Assembly: GCA_963725095.1 (NCBI GenBank)
Contig: CAVRXJ010000024.1
Location: 149,837-213,836 of the forward strand
Reading direction: 5' to 3'
Length of the DNA stretch: 64,000 nucleotides
DNA from: an uncultured Acidobacteriota bacterium
GTDB taxonomy: Bacteria; Acidobacteriota; Thermoanaerobaculia; UBA5066; Gp7-AA6
Numbering within the stretch: position 1 is the stretch's first letter; each line of letters starts with the position of its first letter. Under the pieces are notes generated by a model. The model was not told the DNA's origin, made no database searches, and saw only the letters and a list, made by a program, of their open reading frames with translations. Both the position numbers and the translations under genes were made by a program. Below are positions 21,401 to 31,169 of the stretch, piece after piece.

Positions 21401-22103
21401 GCCCGCGCGACGCGACGGCACGTCCGCACCGCGAAACTGGTCGCGGCGGGAGCCTTCGCGGCCGCGCTTGCCGCGCCGGCACTCGCCCAGCAGACCATCT
21501 TCAACGTCCCGAGCGCCGACGTGCTGGACAAAGGCAAGACGTATCTGGAGGCGGACGCGCTCTGGCGCCCCCAGGACCCGAGCTTCGGGTTCTTCACGAT
21601 GAGGGGCGTGTACGGCTTCGGGTCGAACATCGAGGCCGGCGCCAACTTCGGCGGCTTCGCTTCGACCGGCCGCTCGGTTCCCTTCGTCACGGTCAACGTC
21701 AAGTGGCAGCCCTGGCACAACGACAAGCTCGCGTTCACGACCGGCGGATTCGGGCTCTTCTATCTGCGCGGATCCGAGGACGGCAACGCCGCGGCCCTCT
21801 GGTACGGGGAGGCCTCGTACAAGCTGACCTCGACCACGCGCCTCACGGCCGGCGGCTACTGGGCCACGTCGGGATACGCCGCGACGGACCCGCAGGCCGG
21901 GGCGGTTGTCGGTCTTCGAGCAGAAGATCAACGATCACCTGAATCTCATCGCCGACTGGTTCAGCGGCGAGAACGCCCTCGGGTATTTCACTCCCGGCGT
22001 CTCCGTGCCCCTGGGAAGCTGGACGATCTACGCCGGCTACTCGATCAAGAACGGCGACTCGAAGGGCAACGCCGCCCTGTTCGAGCTCGGTTTCACTTTC
22101 TGA
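21387..22103 (+). CDS. Outer-membrane beta-barrel porin-like protein, directly upstream of kdpF-kdpA; one apparent frameshift near 21905-21925
   Basis: Signal peptide ...TAKLVAAGAFAAALAAPALAQQ; alternating amphipathic strands (GANFGGFASTGRSVPFVTVNVKW, KLAFTTGGFGLFYL, LWYGEASYKLTSTTRLTAGGYWATSGY); C-terminus GNAALFELGFTF* ends in the aromatic F typical of outer-membrane barrels. Confidence 0.6.
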
Positions 22104-22114
22104 GGAGGACGCCG

Positions 22115-22198
22115 ATGTGGGATCTCGTTTTTCTCGCGATCACGGTCTTCCTGTTCTGGATCTCCGTCGTCTACACGCGACGCTGCGACCGGATCTGA
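22115..22198 (+). CDS. 27-aa hydrophobic peptide (MWDLVFLAITVFLFWISVVYTRRCDRI) with its own GAGGAGG RBS, between the porin gene and kdpF
   Basis: ATG 22115 sits 8 nt after TGAGGAGG. It has a single TM helix, is translationally adjacent to kdpF (10-nt gap) and is similar in size and hydropathy to KdpF. Confidence 0.45.
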   Translation: MWDLVFLAITVFLFWISVVYTRRCDRI

Positions 22199-22208
22199 GG
22201 AGGTCACC

Positions 22209-22298
22209 ATGGGATGGGAAGACATTCTCGGTCTCCTCGTGAGCATCGCCCTGCTCTGGTACCTGCTGTGGGCCATGGTCCGGGCGGAAAAGGTCTGA
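22209..22298 (+). CDS. kdpF: KdpF, small subunit of the K+-transporting ATPase (29 aa)
   Basis: MGWEDILGLLVSIALLWYLLWAMVRAEKV*. Compare the E. coli KdpF tail GYLVYALINAE. It has a GAGGAGG RBS and its stop lies 4 nt before the kdpA ATG. Confidence 0.75.
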   Translation: MGWEDILGLLVSIALLWYLLWAMVRAEKV

Positions 22299-22302
22299 CG
22301 CG

Positions 22303-24030
22303 ATGACCAGCATCAACTTTCTCGAGATCCTCGTCTATCTGGCGATCATCGTCGCCCTCACGCCGCTTCTCGGCGGGTACATGAAGCGCGTGTTCTCCGG
22401 CGAGCGCACCTTCCTCGACCCGGTTCTCAGGCCTGTCGAGCGCGGGATCTACCGGATCTGCGGCGTCGACGCGTCGAAGGACCAGGGCTGGATCGACTGG
22501 ACCGTGACGATGCTGATCGTCAACGCGGCCTCCCTCGTCATCCTCTACGGGATGCAGCGGCTCCAGAAGTTCCTGCCGTTCAACCCGAACGGCTTCGGCG
22601 CCGTGTCGCCGGACTCGTCGTGGAACACGGCGGTCTCCTTCACCACGAACACGAACTGGCAGGGCTACTCCGGCGAGAGCACGATGTCGCACTTCACCCA
22701 GATGGCCGGCCTCGCTCTCCACAACTTCCTCTCGGCCGCGACCGGAATCGCGATCGCCGTGGCCGTGATCCGGGGAGTCGCGCGCGAGAAGGCGAAGGGC
22801 ATCGGCAACTTCTGGTACGACTGCACGCGGGCCATCCTCTGGGTTCTCCTGCCGATCTCGTTCGTCGGCGCGCTCTTCCTCGTCTCGCGCGGGGTCGTGC
22901 AGAACTTCCAGGCGGACGTCGCGGTCAAGACCGTCGAGGGCGCCGAGCAGAAGATCGCGCAGGGCCCGGTCGCCTCCCAGGAAGCGATCAAGGAGCTCGG
23001 GACCAACGGCGGCGGGTTCTTCAATGCGAACTCCGCGCATCCCTACGAGAACCCGACGCCGGGAACGAACTTCCTCGAGATGGTCCTGATCTTCGCGGTC
23101 GGCGCGGGCCTGACGAACACCCTCGGCAGGATGACCGGATCCGTGAAACACGGGTGGGCGGTCTTCGGGGCGATGGCCCTGATGTTCTTAGTCGGCGCGT
23201 TCGTGGCCGAGATCGCCGAGCAGAAGGGGAATCCGATCCACCAGAAACTCGGGGTCGCGGCCCTCCCGACCGCCGGCGGCACCGGCGGCAACATGGAAGG
23301 CAAGGAAGTCCGGTTCGGAATCGGCGACTCCGCCCTCTTCGCCACCATCACGACGGACGCCTCCTGCGGCGCCGTCAACTCCTGGCACGACTCGTTCACC
23401 CCGATCGGCGGCCTCGTCCCGCTCGCCAACATCGCGTCGGGAGAGATCATCGTCGGCGGCGTCGGCGCCGGTCTCTACGGCATGTTCCTCTTCATCGTGC
23501 TCTCGGTCTTCATCGCGGGCCTCATGGTCGGCCGCACACCCGAGTACCTCGGCAAGAAGATCGAGGCCCACGAGGTCAAGCTCGCGATGCTGTCGGTCTT
23601 GATCCTCACGCTCTGCATCCTGGGCTTCACGGCCGCGGCGTCGGTGCTCCCGGCCGGGCTCTCGTCGCTGAACAACAAGGGCCCTCACGGCTTCTCGGAG
23701 ATCCTCTACGCCTTCGTGTCGGGGGCCGGCAACAACGGCTCGGCGTTTGCGGGATTGAACGCCAACACGCTCTTCTACAACACGACGCTCGGGTTCGACA
23801 TGTTCTTCGGCCGCTTCTTCATGCTGATCCCGATCCTCGGCATCGCCGGCTCGCTCGCGGCCAAGAAGAAGGTTCCCGAGTCCGCGGGAACCTTCCCGGT
23901 GACGGGGCCGCTCTTTTCGATCCTGCTCGTCAGCGTCATCCTGATCGTCGGGGCGCTGACCTTCTTTCCTGCCTTCTCGCTGGGGCCCATCGTGGAGCAA
24001 CTGCTGATGAAGGCCGGGACCCTCTTCTAG
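22303..24030 (+). CDS. kdpA: K+-transporting ATPase subunit A, intact
   Basis: 575-aa ORF with the four selectivity-filter-like MPM repeats (NTNWQGYSGE, TNGGGFFNANSAHP, GGNMEGKE, SGAGNNGSAFAGL). Confidence 0.92.
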   Translation: MTSINFLEILVYLAIIVALTPLLGGYMKRVFSGERTFLDPVLRPVERGIYRICGVDASKDQGWIDWTVTMLIVNAASLVILYGMQRLQKFLPFNPNGFGAVSPDSSWNTAVSFTTNTNWQGYSGESTMSHFTQMAGLALHNFLSAATGIAIAVAVIRGVAREKAKGIGNFWYDCTRAILWVLLPISFVGALFLVSRGVVQNFQADVAVKTVEGAEQKIAQGPVASQEAIKELGTNGGGFFNANSAHPYENPTPGTNFLEMVLIFAVGAGLTNTLGRMTGSVKHGWAVFGAMALMFLVGAFVAEIAEQKGNPIHQKLGVAALPTAGGTGGNMEGKEVRFGIGDSALFATITTDASCGAVNSWHDSFTPIGGLVPLANIASGEIIVGGVGAGLYGMFLFIVLSVFIAGLMVGRTPEYLGKKIEAHEVKLAMLSVLILTLCILGFTAAASVLPAGLSSLNNKGPHGFSEILYAFVSGAGNNGSAFAGLNANTLFYNTTLGFDMFFGRFFMLIPILGIAGSLAAKKKVPESAGTFPVTGPLFSILLVSVILIVGALTFFPAFSLGPIVEQLLMKAGTLF

Positions 24031-24042
24031 GGAGGAACTGCC

Positions 24043-26070
24043 GTGGCTCACCCTCGACGCACCGCACTCTTCGACCGCGCGATCCTTCGCACCGCGATCG
24101 GCGACTCTTTCCGGAAGCTCGATCCGAGGCTCCAGGCGAAGAATCCCGTCATGTTCGTCGTTCTGGTGGGCGCCGTGATCGTGAGCGTTCTGCTCGTGCG
24201 CGACGTCGCCCGGGGCAAGGACGTGCTCTTCAACCTCCAGATCGCCCTCTGGCTCTGGTTCACGCTGCTCTTCGCGAACTTCGCCGAGGCGATGGCCGAG
24301 GGGCGCGGCAAGGCGCAGGCGGCGGCCCTGCGCCGGGGGCGCACGGAAACCATGGCGCGCCGGGTCACCCGCAAGGGAGAAGAGTCCGTCCCGGCGACGA
24401 GCCTGCGCAAGGGAGACCGGGTCGTCGTCGAGGCCGGAGAGGCCATTCCCGGCGACGGAACCGTCGTCGAGGGTATCGCTTCCGTCGACGAGTCGGCGAT
24501 CACGGGCGAGTCCGCCCCGGTCATCCGCGAGTCCGGAGGCGATCGATCCGCGGTCACGGGCGGCACGCGCGTGCTCTCGGACCGCATCGTCGTCGAGATC
24601 ACGTCCAATCCAGGCGAGACCTTCCTCGACCGGATGATCGCTCTCGTCGAGGGGGCCTCGCGCCAGAAGACGCCCAACGAGATCGCTCTTTCGATCCTGC
24701 TCGCGGGTCTCACGATCGTCTTCCTGATCGCGACCGTGACGCTGCGGCCTTTCGCGCTCTACGCGCAGGGCGTCGCGACGACGCCGGTCCTGATCGCGCT
24801 TCTCGTCTGTCTCATCCCGACGACGATCGGCGGACTGCTCTCGGCCATCGGCATCGCCGGCATGGACCGCGTGCTCCAGCACAACGTCCTCGCGATGTCG
24901 GGAAGGGCGGTGGAGGCCGCCGGCGACGTCAACGTTCTCCTGCTGGACAAGACGGGCACGATCACGCTCGGCAATCGGCAGGCCACCGAGTTCCATCCGG
25001 CCCCCCACGTGCTGCCGGGCGACCTCGCCGAGGGGGCGCAGCTCTCCTCGCTCTCCGACGAAACGCCGGAGGGTCGCTCGATCGTGGTCCTCGCCAAGGA
25101 GAAGTTCGGCTTGCGGGCGCGGCGCATGGAGGGCATGAAGTTCATTCCCTTCTCGGCGCAGACCCGCATGTCGGGCGTCGACTTCAACGGCCGCCGCATC
25201 CGGAAGGGAGCCGGGGATTCCGTCGCCGAGTGGGTCCGCGGCCAGGGCGGCGTGATCGAACCGGCGGTCTCGGACCTGTTGAACTCGATCTCCGCCGAGG
25301 GAGCGACACCGCTTCTCGTCGCCGACGGCTCCCGCGTGCTCGGCGTCGTCGCGCTGCGGGACATCGTGAAGGCCGGGATGCGGGACCGCTTCGACCGGCT
25401 GCGGGCCATGGGCATCCGCACCATCATGATCACCGGAGACAATCCGCTCACGGCCGCCGCCATCGCCCGCGAGGCCGGCGTCGACGATTTCCTCGCCCAG
25501 GCGACACCCGAGCAGAAGCTCGCCCTCATCCGCAAGGAGCAGGAGGGCGGCAACCTCGTCGCCATGACGGGCGACGGCACCAACGACGCTCCGGCGCTCG
25601 CTCAGGCGGACGTCGGCGTCGCCATGAACACGGGCACGCAGGCCGCCCGCGAGGCCGGAAACATGGTGGACCTCGATTCGAATCCCACCAAGTTGATCGA
25701 GGTCGTCGAGATCGGAAAGCAGCTCCTGATGACGCGGGGATCGCTGACGACCTTCTCGATCGCCAACGACGTCGCGAAGTACTTCGCGATCCTGCCCGCG
25801 ATGTTCGCGGCGACCTACCCGGCCTTGAACGCCCTGAACATCATGCGCCTGGGAAATCCCAAGTCGGCGATTCTCTCGGCCGTCATCTTCAACGCCCTGA
25901 TCATCATCGCGCTCATTCCGCTGGCGCTGCGGGGAGTCAAGTACCGTCCCCTCGGGGCCGCCCGGATCCTCTCCCGCAACCTCTGGATCTACGGCGTCGG
26001 CGGCGTCATCGTGCCGTTTCTCGGCATCAAGCTGATCGACTGGATCGTTCTCGCATTGCATCTGGCATGA
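24043..26070 (+). CDS. kdpB: K+-transporting ATPase subunit B (P-type ATPase), intact
   Basis: LLDKTGTIT (DKTGT phosphorylation site), [31 protein letters not shown]. Confidence 0.92.
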   Translation: MAHPRRTALFDRAILRTAIGDSFRKLDPRLQAKNPVMFVVLVGAVIVSVLLVRDVARGKDVLFNLQIALWLWFTLLFANFAEAMAEGRGKAQAAALRRGRTETMARRVTRKGEESVPATSLRKGDRVVVEAGEAIPGDGTVVEGIASVDESAITGESAPVIRESGGDRSAVTGGTRVLSDRIVVEITSNPGETFLDRMIALVEGASRQKTPNEIALSILLAGLTIVFLIATVTLRPFALYAQGVATTPVLIALLVCLIPTTIGGLLSAIGIAGMDRVLQHNVLAMSGRAVEAAGDVNVLLLDKTGTITLGNRQATEFHPAPHVLPGDLAEGAQLSSLSDETPEGRSIVVLAKEKFGLRARRMEGMKFIPFSAQTRMSGVDFNGRRIRKGAGDSVAEWVRGQGGVIEPAVSDLLNSISAEGATPLLVADGSRVLGVVALRDIVKAGMRDRFDRLRAMGIRTIMITGDNPLTAAAIAREAGVDDFLAQATPEQKLALIRKEQEGGNLVAMTGDGTNDAPALAQADVGVAMNTGTQAAREAGNMVDLDSNPTKLIEVVEIGKQLLMTRGSLTTFSIANDVAKYFAILPAMFAATYPALNALNIMRLGNPKSAILSAVIFNALIIIALIPLALRGVKYRPLGAARILSRNLWIYGVGGVIVPFLGIKLIDWIVLALHLA

Positions 26071-26080
26071 GGAAAGCGCC

Positions 26081-26662
26081 ATGAAGCTCGCTCTTCGTTC
26101 GACCGTCTACGTCCTCGTTCTGACCGTGCTGCTCGGCGGCGCGTACCCCGCGGCCGTCACGGCGGTGTCGCGCCTCTTCTGGAAGGAGAAGGCCAACGGC
26201 TCGTTCGTCACCGCCGGCGGCCGGGTCGTCGGCTCGGAGCTCATCGGCCAGAACTTCAAGTCCCCGCAGTACCTCCATCCCCGGCCGTCGGCGGCCGGCA
26301 AGGACGGCTACGACGCGACCGCTTCGGCAGGAACGAACAAGGGTCCGACCAACGCGGATCTGGCCAAGGCGATCGCGGAAGCCGTGGCCGCGGCGCGCGA
26401 GGACCGCCCCGGCGAGCAGGGACCCGTCCCCGCGGACCTCGTGACCACGTCGGCCTCGGGATTCGATCCGCATCTGTCTCCCGACGCGGCGCTCTGGCAG
26501 GCGGCGCGCATCGCGAAGGCCCGAGGCGTGCCCGAGTCGGAAGTGGCCGCGGTGATCCGCCGACACATCGAGCCCCGGACCCTGGGCCTGCTCGGAGAGC
26601 CGCGCGTCAACGTCCTGCTGACGAACCTCGATCTCGACAGGTCGTTCGCATCCGGGCATTAG
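26081..26662 (+). CDS. kdpC: K+-transporting ATPase subunit C, intact
   Basis: 193 aa with N-terminal TM; conserved blocks GSELIGQNF...YLHPRPSAAG, ASGFDPHLSPDAA. Confidence 0.88.
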   Translation: MKLALRSTVYVLVLTVLLGGAYPAAVTAVSRLFWKEKANGSFVTAGGRVVGSELIGQNFKSPQYLHPRPSAAGKDGYDATASAGTNKGPTNADLAKAIAEAVAAAREDRPGEQGPVPADLVTTSASGFDPHLSPDAALWQAARIAKARGVPESEVAAVIRRHIEPRTLGLLGEPRVNVLLTNLDLDRSFASGH

Positions 26663-26671
26663 AATTCGACG

Positions 26672-27809
26672 ATGCCGCAGGAAGGGTCCCGGCGCACGTC
26701 TCCGGACGTCTTCCTGCGGCTTCTCGAGAAGTCCCGCCGCGGCAAGCTCAAGATCTACATCGGCCACGCCGCGGGCGTCGGGAAGACCTACCAGATGCTC
26801 GAGGACGCCCACGTCCTGAAGAAGCAGGGCGTGGATGTCGTCGCCGGCGTCATCGAGACCCATGGCCGCGCCGAGACCCTCGGCCAAGATCGGGGACCTC
26901 GAGACCATCCCCCGGCGGCACGTCTCCTACAAGGGACGCGAGCTCGAGGAGATGGACCTGCCGGCCATCCTCGCCCGCAAGCCCGAGGTCGTTCTCGTGG
27001 ACGAGCTCGCCCACACCAACGTGCCCGGCGTCGAGAACGAGAAGCGGTACCAGGACGTCGAGGACCTCCTCGAGGCCGGGATCGCGGTCATGACGACCGT
27101 CAACATCCAGCACTTCGAGTCGGTCCAGGAGATCGTCTCGCGCGTCACGGGAGTCGAAGTCCGGGAACGGGTGCCGGACCGGCTCCTGCGCCAGGCCGAC
27201 GCGGTGGTCAACGTGGACCTGCCCTCCGCCGAGCTGATCGACCGCCTCCGGGCCGGAAAGATCTATCCTGCCGACCGCATCCCGACGGCGCTCCAGAACT
27301 TCTTCACCGAGGAGAACCTCGCGTCGCTGCGGGAGCTCGCCATGCGCCAGATCGCCGACCGGCTCGAGGCCGAGCGCCGCGGCCCGGACCGATCGGCCGC
27401 CGCCGAGCCCGTCGGCGCCAAGGCCATGGTGGCCATCTCCTCCAACCCGGAAACGACGCGCCTCCTGCTGCGGCGCGCCTCGGCGATCGCCGGACGCCTG
27501 AACACCAACTGGTTCGCCGTCTACGTCCGCACACATCGGGACAGCCCGGGCAAGATGGGCGCGCGCGAGCACCGCCTGCTCTCGGAGAACGTCACGCTCG
27601 CGATGGAGCTCGGCGCCAAGGTCGTCTGGCTGTCGGGCGAGGACGTGGCCGCCGAGCTCGAGCGTTTCGCCCGGGAGAACGGCGTGACCCTCGCGATCTT
27701 CGGCAAGAGCCGCCGCCCGTCGATCTGGCGGTCATTCCGCAAGAGCCCGATCGACATCTTCGCCAAGGTCGGCACGGGAATCGACGTCTACGAGATCGAG
27801 ACGCGCTGA
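26672..27809 (+). CDS. kdpD: Stand-alone KdpD N-terminal sensor module (KdpD_N plus Usp domain), no kinase domain; one apparent frameshift near 26885
   Basis: Walker-A-like KIYIGHAAGVGKTYQMLEDAHVLKKQGVDVVAGVIETHGRAET, then (next frame) ...PEVVLVDELAHTNVPG...; Usp-like C-terminus AMVAISSNPETTRLLLRRASAIAGRL...VVWLSGEDVAAELERFARENGVTLAIFGKS. Confidence 0.8.
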
Positions 27810-27831
27810 GTCTCGAGACCCGCCGGCGTCC

Positions 27832-29760
27832 TCAGATCTCGATCTGCGACCCGAGCTCCACGACGCGGCCCGGGGGGAGCCCGAAGAAGAGCGTTGCGCT
27901 GCGCGCGTTGCGGGACATGAAAGCGAAAAGGCTTTCGCGCCACATCGCCATGCCGGGACGCGGCGACGCGAAGATCGTTTCGTGGCCGAGAAAATAGGTC
28001 GTCCGCGCCTCGTCGATCGCGAGTCCCGGCGCCTTCACGCGCGCGAGCGCGTCCGGGATCGCCGGGTCCTGCATGAACCCGTAGTGGAGAACGACCCGGT
28101 ACATTCCGGACCCGAGCGCCGAGATCTCCGCCCGATCCTTCTGCGGAACGTGCGGAATGCCTTCGGTCAGAACCGTCAGGAAGACGACCCGTTCGTGCAG
28201 GACCTGGTTGTGCTTCAGGTTGTGGAGGAGCGCAGGCGGGACCCCTTCGGCGCTGCGGGAGAGGAACACGGCCGTGCCGGGCACGCGGACCGGAGGATGC
28301 TGGCTCGTGTCGGGCTGGAAGAGCTCGATCGGGAGGATGTCCTCCGCAATCCGGCGGTTCAGGATCTCCCGACCCCGCCTCCAGGTTGTCATCAGGGTCA
28401 GGACGCCGAGGCCGACGAGGAGAGGGAACCAGCCTCCGTGCACGATCTTCAGGGCGTTCGCCCCGAGAAAAGCGAGGTCGGCGATGAGAAAGAAGGAGAG
28501 GAGCGCGGCCTTCCACCGGCTCCATTTCCAGAGCTCCCGCGCCACGACGACCAGCAGGATCGTCGTGATGGTCATCGTCGTCGTGACGGCGAGCCCGTAG
28601 GCCGCCGCGAGCTTGCTCGAGGTCCCGAAGCCGAGGACGAGCCAGATCGAGGCGAGCATCAGGATCCAGTTGACCGTCGGGACGTAGATCTGGCCGATCT
28701 CGCGCGCCGAGGTGTGCTCGATCTTCAGGCGCGGGCTGTAGCCGAGCTGAACGGCCTGGCGCGTCAGCGAAAAGGCGCCGGAGATGACCGCCTGCGAGGC
28801 GATCACGGTGGCAGCCGTCGCGATCGCGACCATCGGGTAGAGCGTCCAGGAAGGGCCGAGGCGATAGAAGGGGTTCACGGCTGCGGACGGGTCGCGAAGC
28901 AGCAGAGCACCCTGGCCGAAGTAGTTCAGCAGCAGCGCCGGCAGCACGAACGTGAACCAGACGAGCCGGATCGGGCGGGTGCCGAAGTGCCCCATGTCGG
29001 CGTAGAGGACTTCGCCGCCGGTCATGACGAGGAAGACGGCGCCGAGGACGAGGAATCCGCGCCCCTGGTTCTCGACGAAGAAGGACACGGCGTGGCGGGG
29101 GTCCACGGCGGCGAGGATCGCCGGTTCCTGCACGAGCCTCCAGGCGCCGAGCGCCGCGATCGTGAGGAACCAGAGCGTCATGATCGGGCCGAAGACGGCG
29201 CCGACGCCACCCGTCCCCTTCCGCTGGAACAGAAACAGCGCGACCAGGATCAAAACGGTCACGGGCTCGACGACGTGCGCGAAGACCGGTGTCGCCACGG
29301 CCAGCCCCTCGACGGCCGACAGCACCGAGATTGCCGGCGTGATCATCCCGTCGCCATAGAGCAGGGCCGCTCCGAAGAGGCCCAGCAGGACCAACGCCCA
29401 GCGCCCTCCCCGGCGATCCCCCTCCGGAGGGGTCAAGAGCGACATCAGCGCGAGGATGCCGCCTTCACCACGGTTTCCCGCGCGCATCACGAAGCCCAGG
29501 TACTTGACGGAGATGACGAACGTCAGCGACCAGAACACAAGCGAGAGGACGCCCAGGATGTTGGCGGGCGTGGCGGGGACCGCGTGAGCGCCGTGGAAGC
29601 ACTCGCGCAGCGCGTAGAGAGGGCTCGTGCCGAGATCCCCGTAGACGACGCCGAGGGCGCCCAGCGAAAGCAGACCCAGGTACCGGCCGCGCACCGGCCG
29701 CAGCCAGTGAATGCCCGACGGCTCCCCCAGCTCCTTGGCGTCGAGCGAAAACCCCGCCAC
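27832..29760 (-). CDS. kup: Kup/HAK/KT-family K+ uptake transporter, intact 642 aa
   Basis: GVVYGDLGTSPLYAL...GEGGILALMSLL...MITPAISVLSAVEGL...GGEVLYADMGHFG; 12 TM segments plus cytoplasmic C-terminal domain; convergent with the kdp operon (23-bp gap). Confidence 0.9.
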   Translation of the reverse strand: MAGFSLDAKELGEPSGIHWLRPVRGRYLGLLSLGALGVVYGDLGTSPLYALRECFHGAHAVPATPANILGVLSLVFWSLTFVISVKYLGFVMRAGNRGEGGILALMSLLTPPEGDRRGGRWALVLLGLFGAALLYGDGMITPAISVLSAVEGLAVATPVFAHVVEPVTVLILVALFLFQRKGTGGVGAVFGPIMTLWFLTIAALGAWRLVQEPAILAAVDPRHAVSFFVENQGRGFLVLGAVFLVMTGGEVLYADMGHFGTRPIRLVWFTFVLPALLLNYFGQGALLLRDPSAAVNPFYRLGPSWTLYPMVAIATAATVIASQAVISGAFSLTRQAVQLGYSPRLKIEHTSAREIGQIYVPTVNWILMLASIWLVLGFGTSSKLAAAYGLAVTTTMTITTILLVVVARELWKWSRWKAALLSFFLIADLAFLGANALKIVHGGWFPLLVGLGVLTLMTTWRRGREILNRRIAEDILPIELFQPDTSQHPPVRVPGTAVFLSRSAEGVPPALLHNLKHNQVLHERVVFLTVLTEGIPHVPQKDRAEISALGSGMYRVVLHYGFMQDPAIPDALARVKAPGLAIDEARTTYFLGHETIFASPRPGMAMWRESLFAFMSRNARSATLFFGLPPGRVVELGSQIEI

Positions 29761-29818
29761 GGCGCGTAGTCTGCCTCAAGAGGGCCGCCGCGAACACCTC
29801 TCCTGCCGGCGGCCTCGG

Positions 29819-31169
29819 CTACGCCTCCCCGAGTGCCTGGTTCACGGTCACGACGTCGACCAGGCCCGAGCAACCGAACAGTGCCGGAAGGACCTTCTCG
29901 GGCGGGTGCTTGCGCCGCAGCTCCGCGACGACTTCCGTCCCGGCGCGGTAGGCGGGCAGGTACATGCGGCCGAGCAGCGGGTGGCGGCCCCAGGCGCCGG
30001 AGAGCTTGTCGGCGCGCTCTTCGGAGACGAGAAAGTCGCGGCGCAGTGTGGCGGCGACGTCCTTCTGCGGGACGCCGTCCTTCCAGGTCAGGTAGGAGGA
30101 CTGGTTCTTCGCGTCGTCCTGCAGCAGCGCGAGGAGGACGCCGATCTGGAGGTCCTCGTCGGGGAGCTCCTCGACCTCCGTGACGCCGTACGCGATCAGG
30201 ATGGCGTTGTTGGCGATCCCCTCGAAGAGCGTCGCCGCGCGCGTGTTCATGGTCAGCACGGTCCCCTCGAAGCCCATGCGTCCGCGCACGTACAGGCCCT
30301 GGATCAAGGCCAAGGTCGTGACGTGGCCGGGAACCACCTCGTGCGAGACGAGCTGCATGAACTCCGGCACGGAGATCTGGAGCGACGCGTTGATCTCGTA
30401 GGTCGCCTCGTACTCGGGCGAGCCGTCGGGCTTGCGCGCGTGGCCCAGATAGTTCATCGAGCCCGAGAACCACGCGTCCTTGATCGGCAGGAACTTCATG
30501 TTGGCGCGCGGCACGGCGCGCAGATCCGCCGGCAGGTGCGGCGACAGGATACTTCGACGTCCCGGCGTCGAACTGCGCGATGAAGGCGTCGGCGAGCGCC
30601 GGGATCGACTTCGGGGCACCAGCCGCTCGCGCCGCCACGCGTCGACCGCCGCCAGGAGCTCGGGGCCCGTCTTCGACGGGTATCCCGCCCGCGCGAGCAG
30701 CTCCGCCACGCGCCGGCGCTTGCCCTCGGGCTGCGACGGCTCGGGCGGCTTGCCCGTCGAGCCGATGACGCAGCGCTCGTAGGGAACCGGCTCGCCCTTG
30801 CCGAGAATCTCCTGGACCAGATCCCACATCGCCGTGAAGCAGAGCCCGAGCCCGTCGAAGTAGTCGCCGCGCAGGCCGCCGAGCTTCCTGCCCTCCGCCG
30901 TCATCCCGTCGATCGCGCCCTTGACGTCGACGGCCGCGAGGTAGGCGTCGATCGCGGCGCGATCCGGTTCCTTCGCGCCGACGCCTCCCGACGCCCGCAC
31001 CTTCGCCGCCTCGGGATGCGTGTAGGCGGCGGGCAGCGGCTCGTCGGAGAACCACGAGTCCGCGATGAAGCGGCCCGTGCCCGACGGGTTCATCACGTCG
31101 CCGCCCCACAGGGTGTCGATGCCGAGGATGGCCGTCGCCGTCAGCTCCGAGAGCCGGTCCATCATGCCT
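29819..31169 (-). CDS. Hypothetical HExxxGH-motif metallopeptidase-like protein; several apparent frameshifts in the middle third
   Basis: ATG 31169 with GGAGG RBS (MMDRLSELTATAILGID...). The C-terminal half is intact: LQISVPEFMQLVSHEVVPGHVTTLALIQGLYVRGRMGFEGTVLTMNTRAATLFEGIANNAILIAYG. The family was not confidently recognised. Confidence 0.45.

Noticed and set aside
22620-26084. Very long ORFs (1154 aa on plus, 964 aa on minus at 23188-26082) overlapping kdpA and kdpB
   Set aside because: Alternative-frame and antisense shadow ORFs typical of 70% GC DNA. Their translations are Arg/Pro/Gly-rich low-complexity sequence with no domains, and the kdpA/kdpB frames are unambiguous.
27811-27820. 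Perfect palindrome GTCTCGAGAC between the convergent kdpD_N and kup genes, as a bidirectional terminator
   Set aside because: Only a 10-bp palindrome with no loop or flanking T-tract. Too short to call a Rho-independent terminator.
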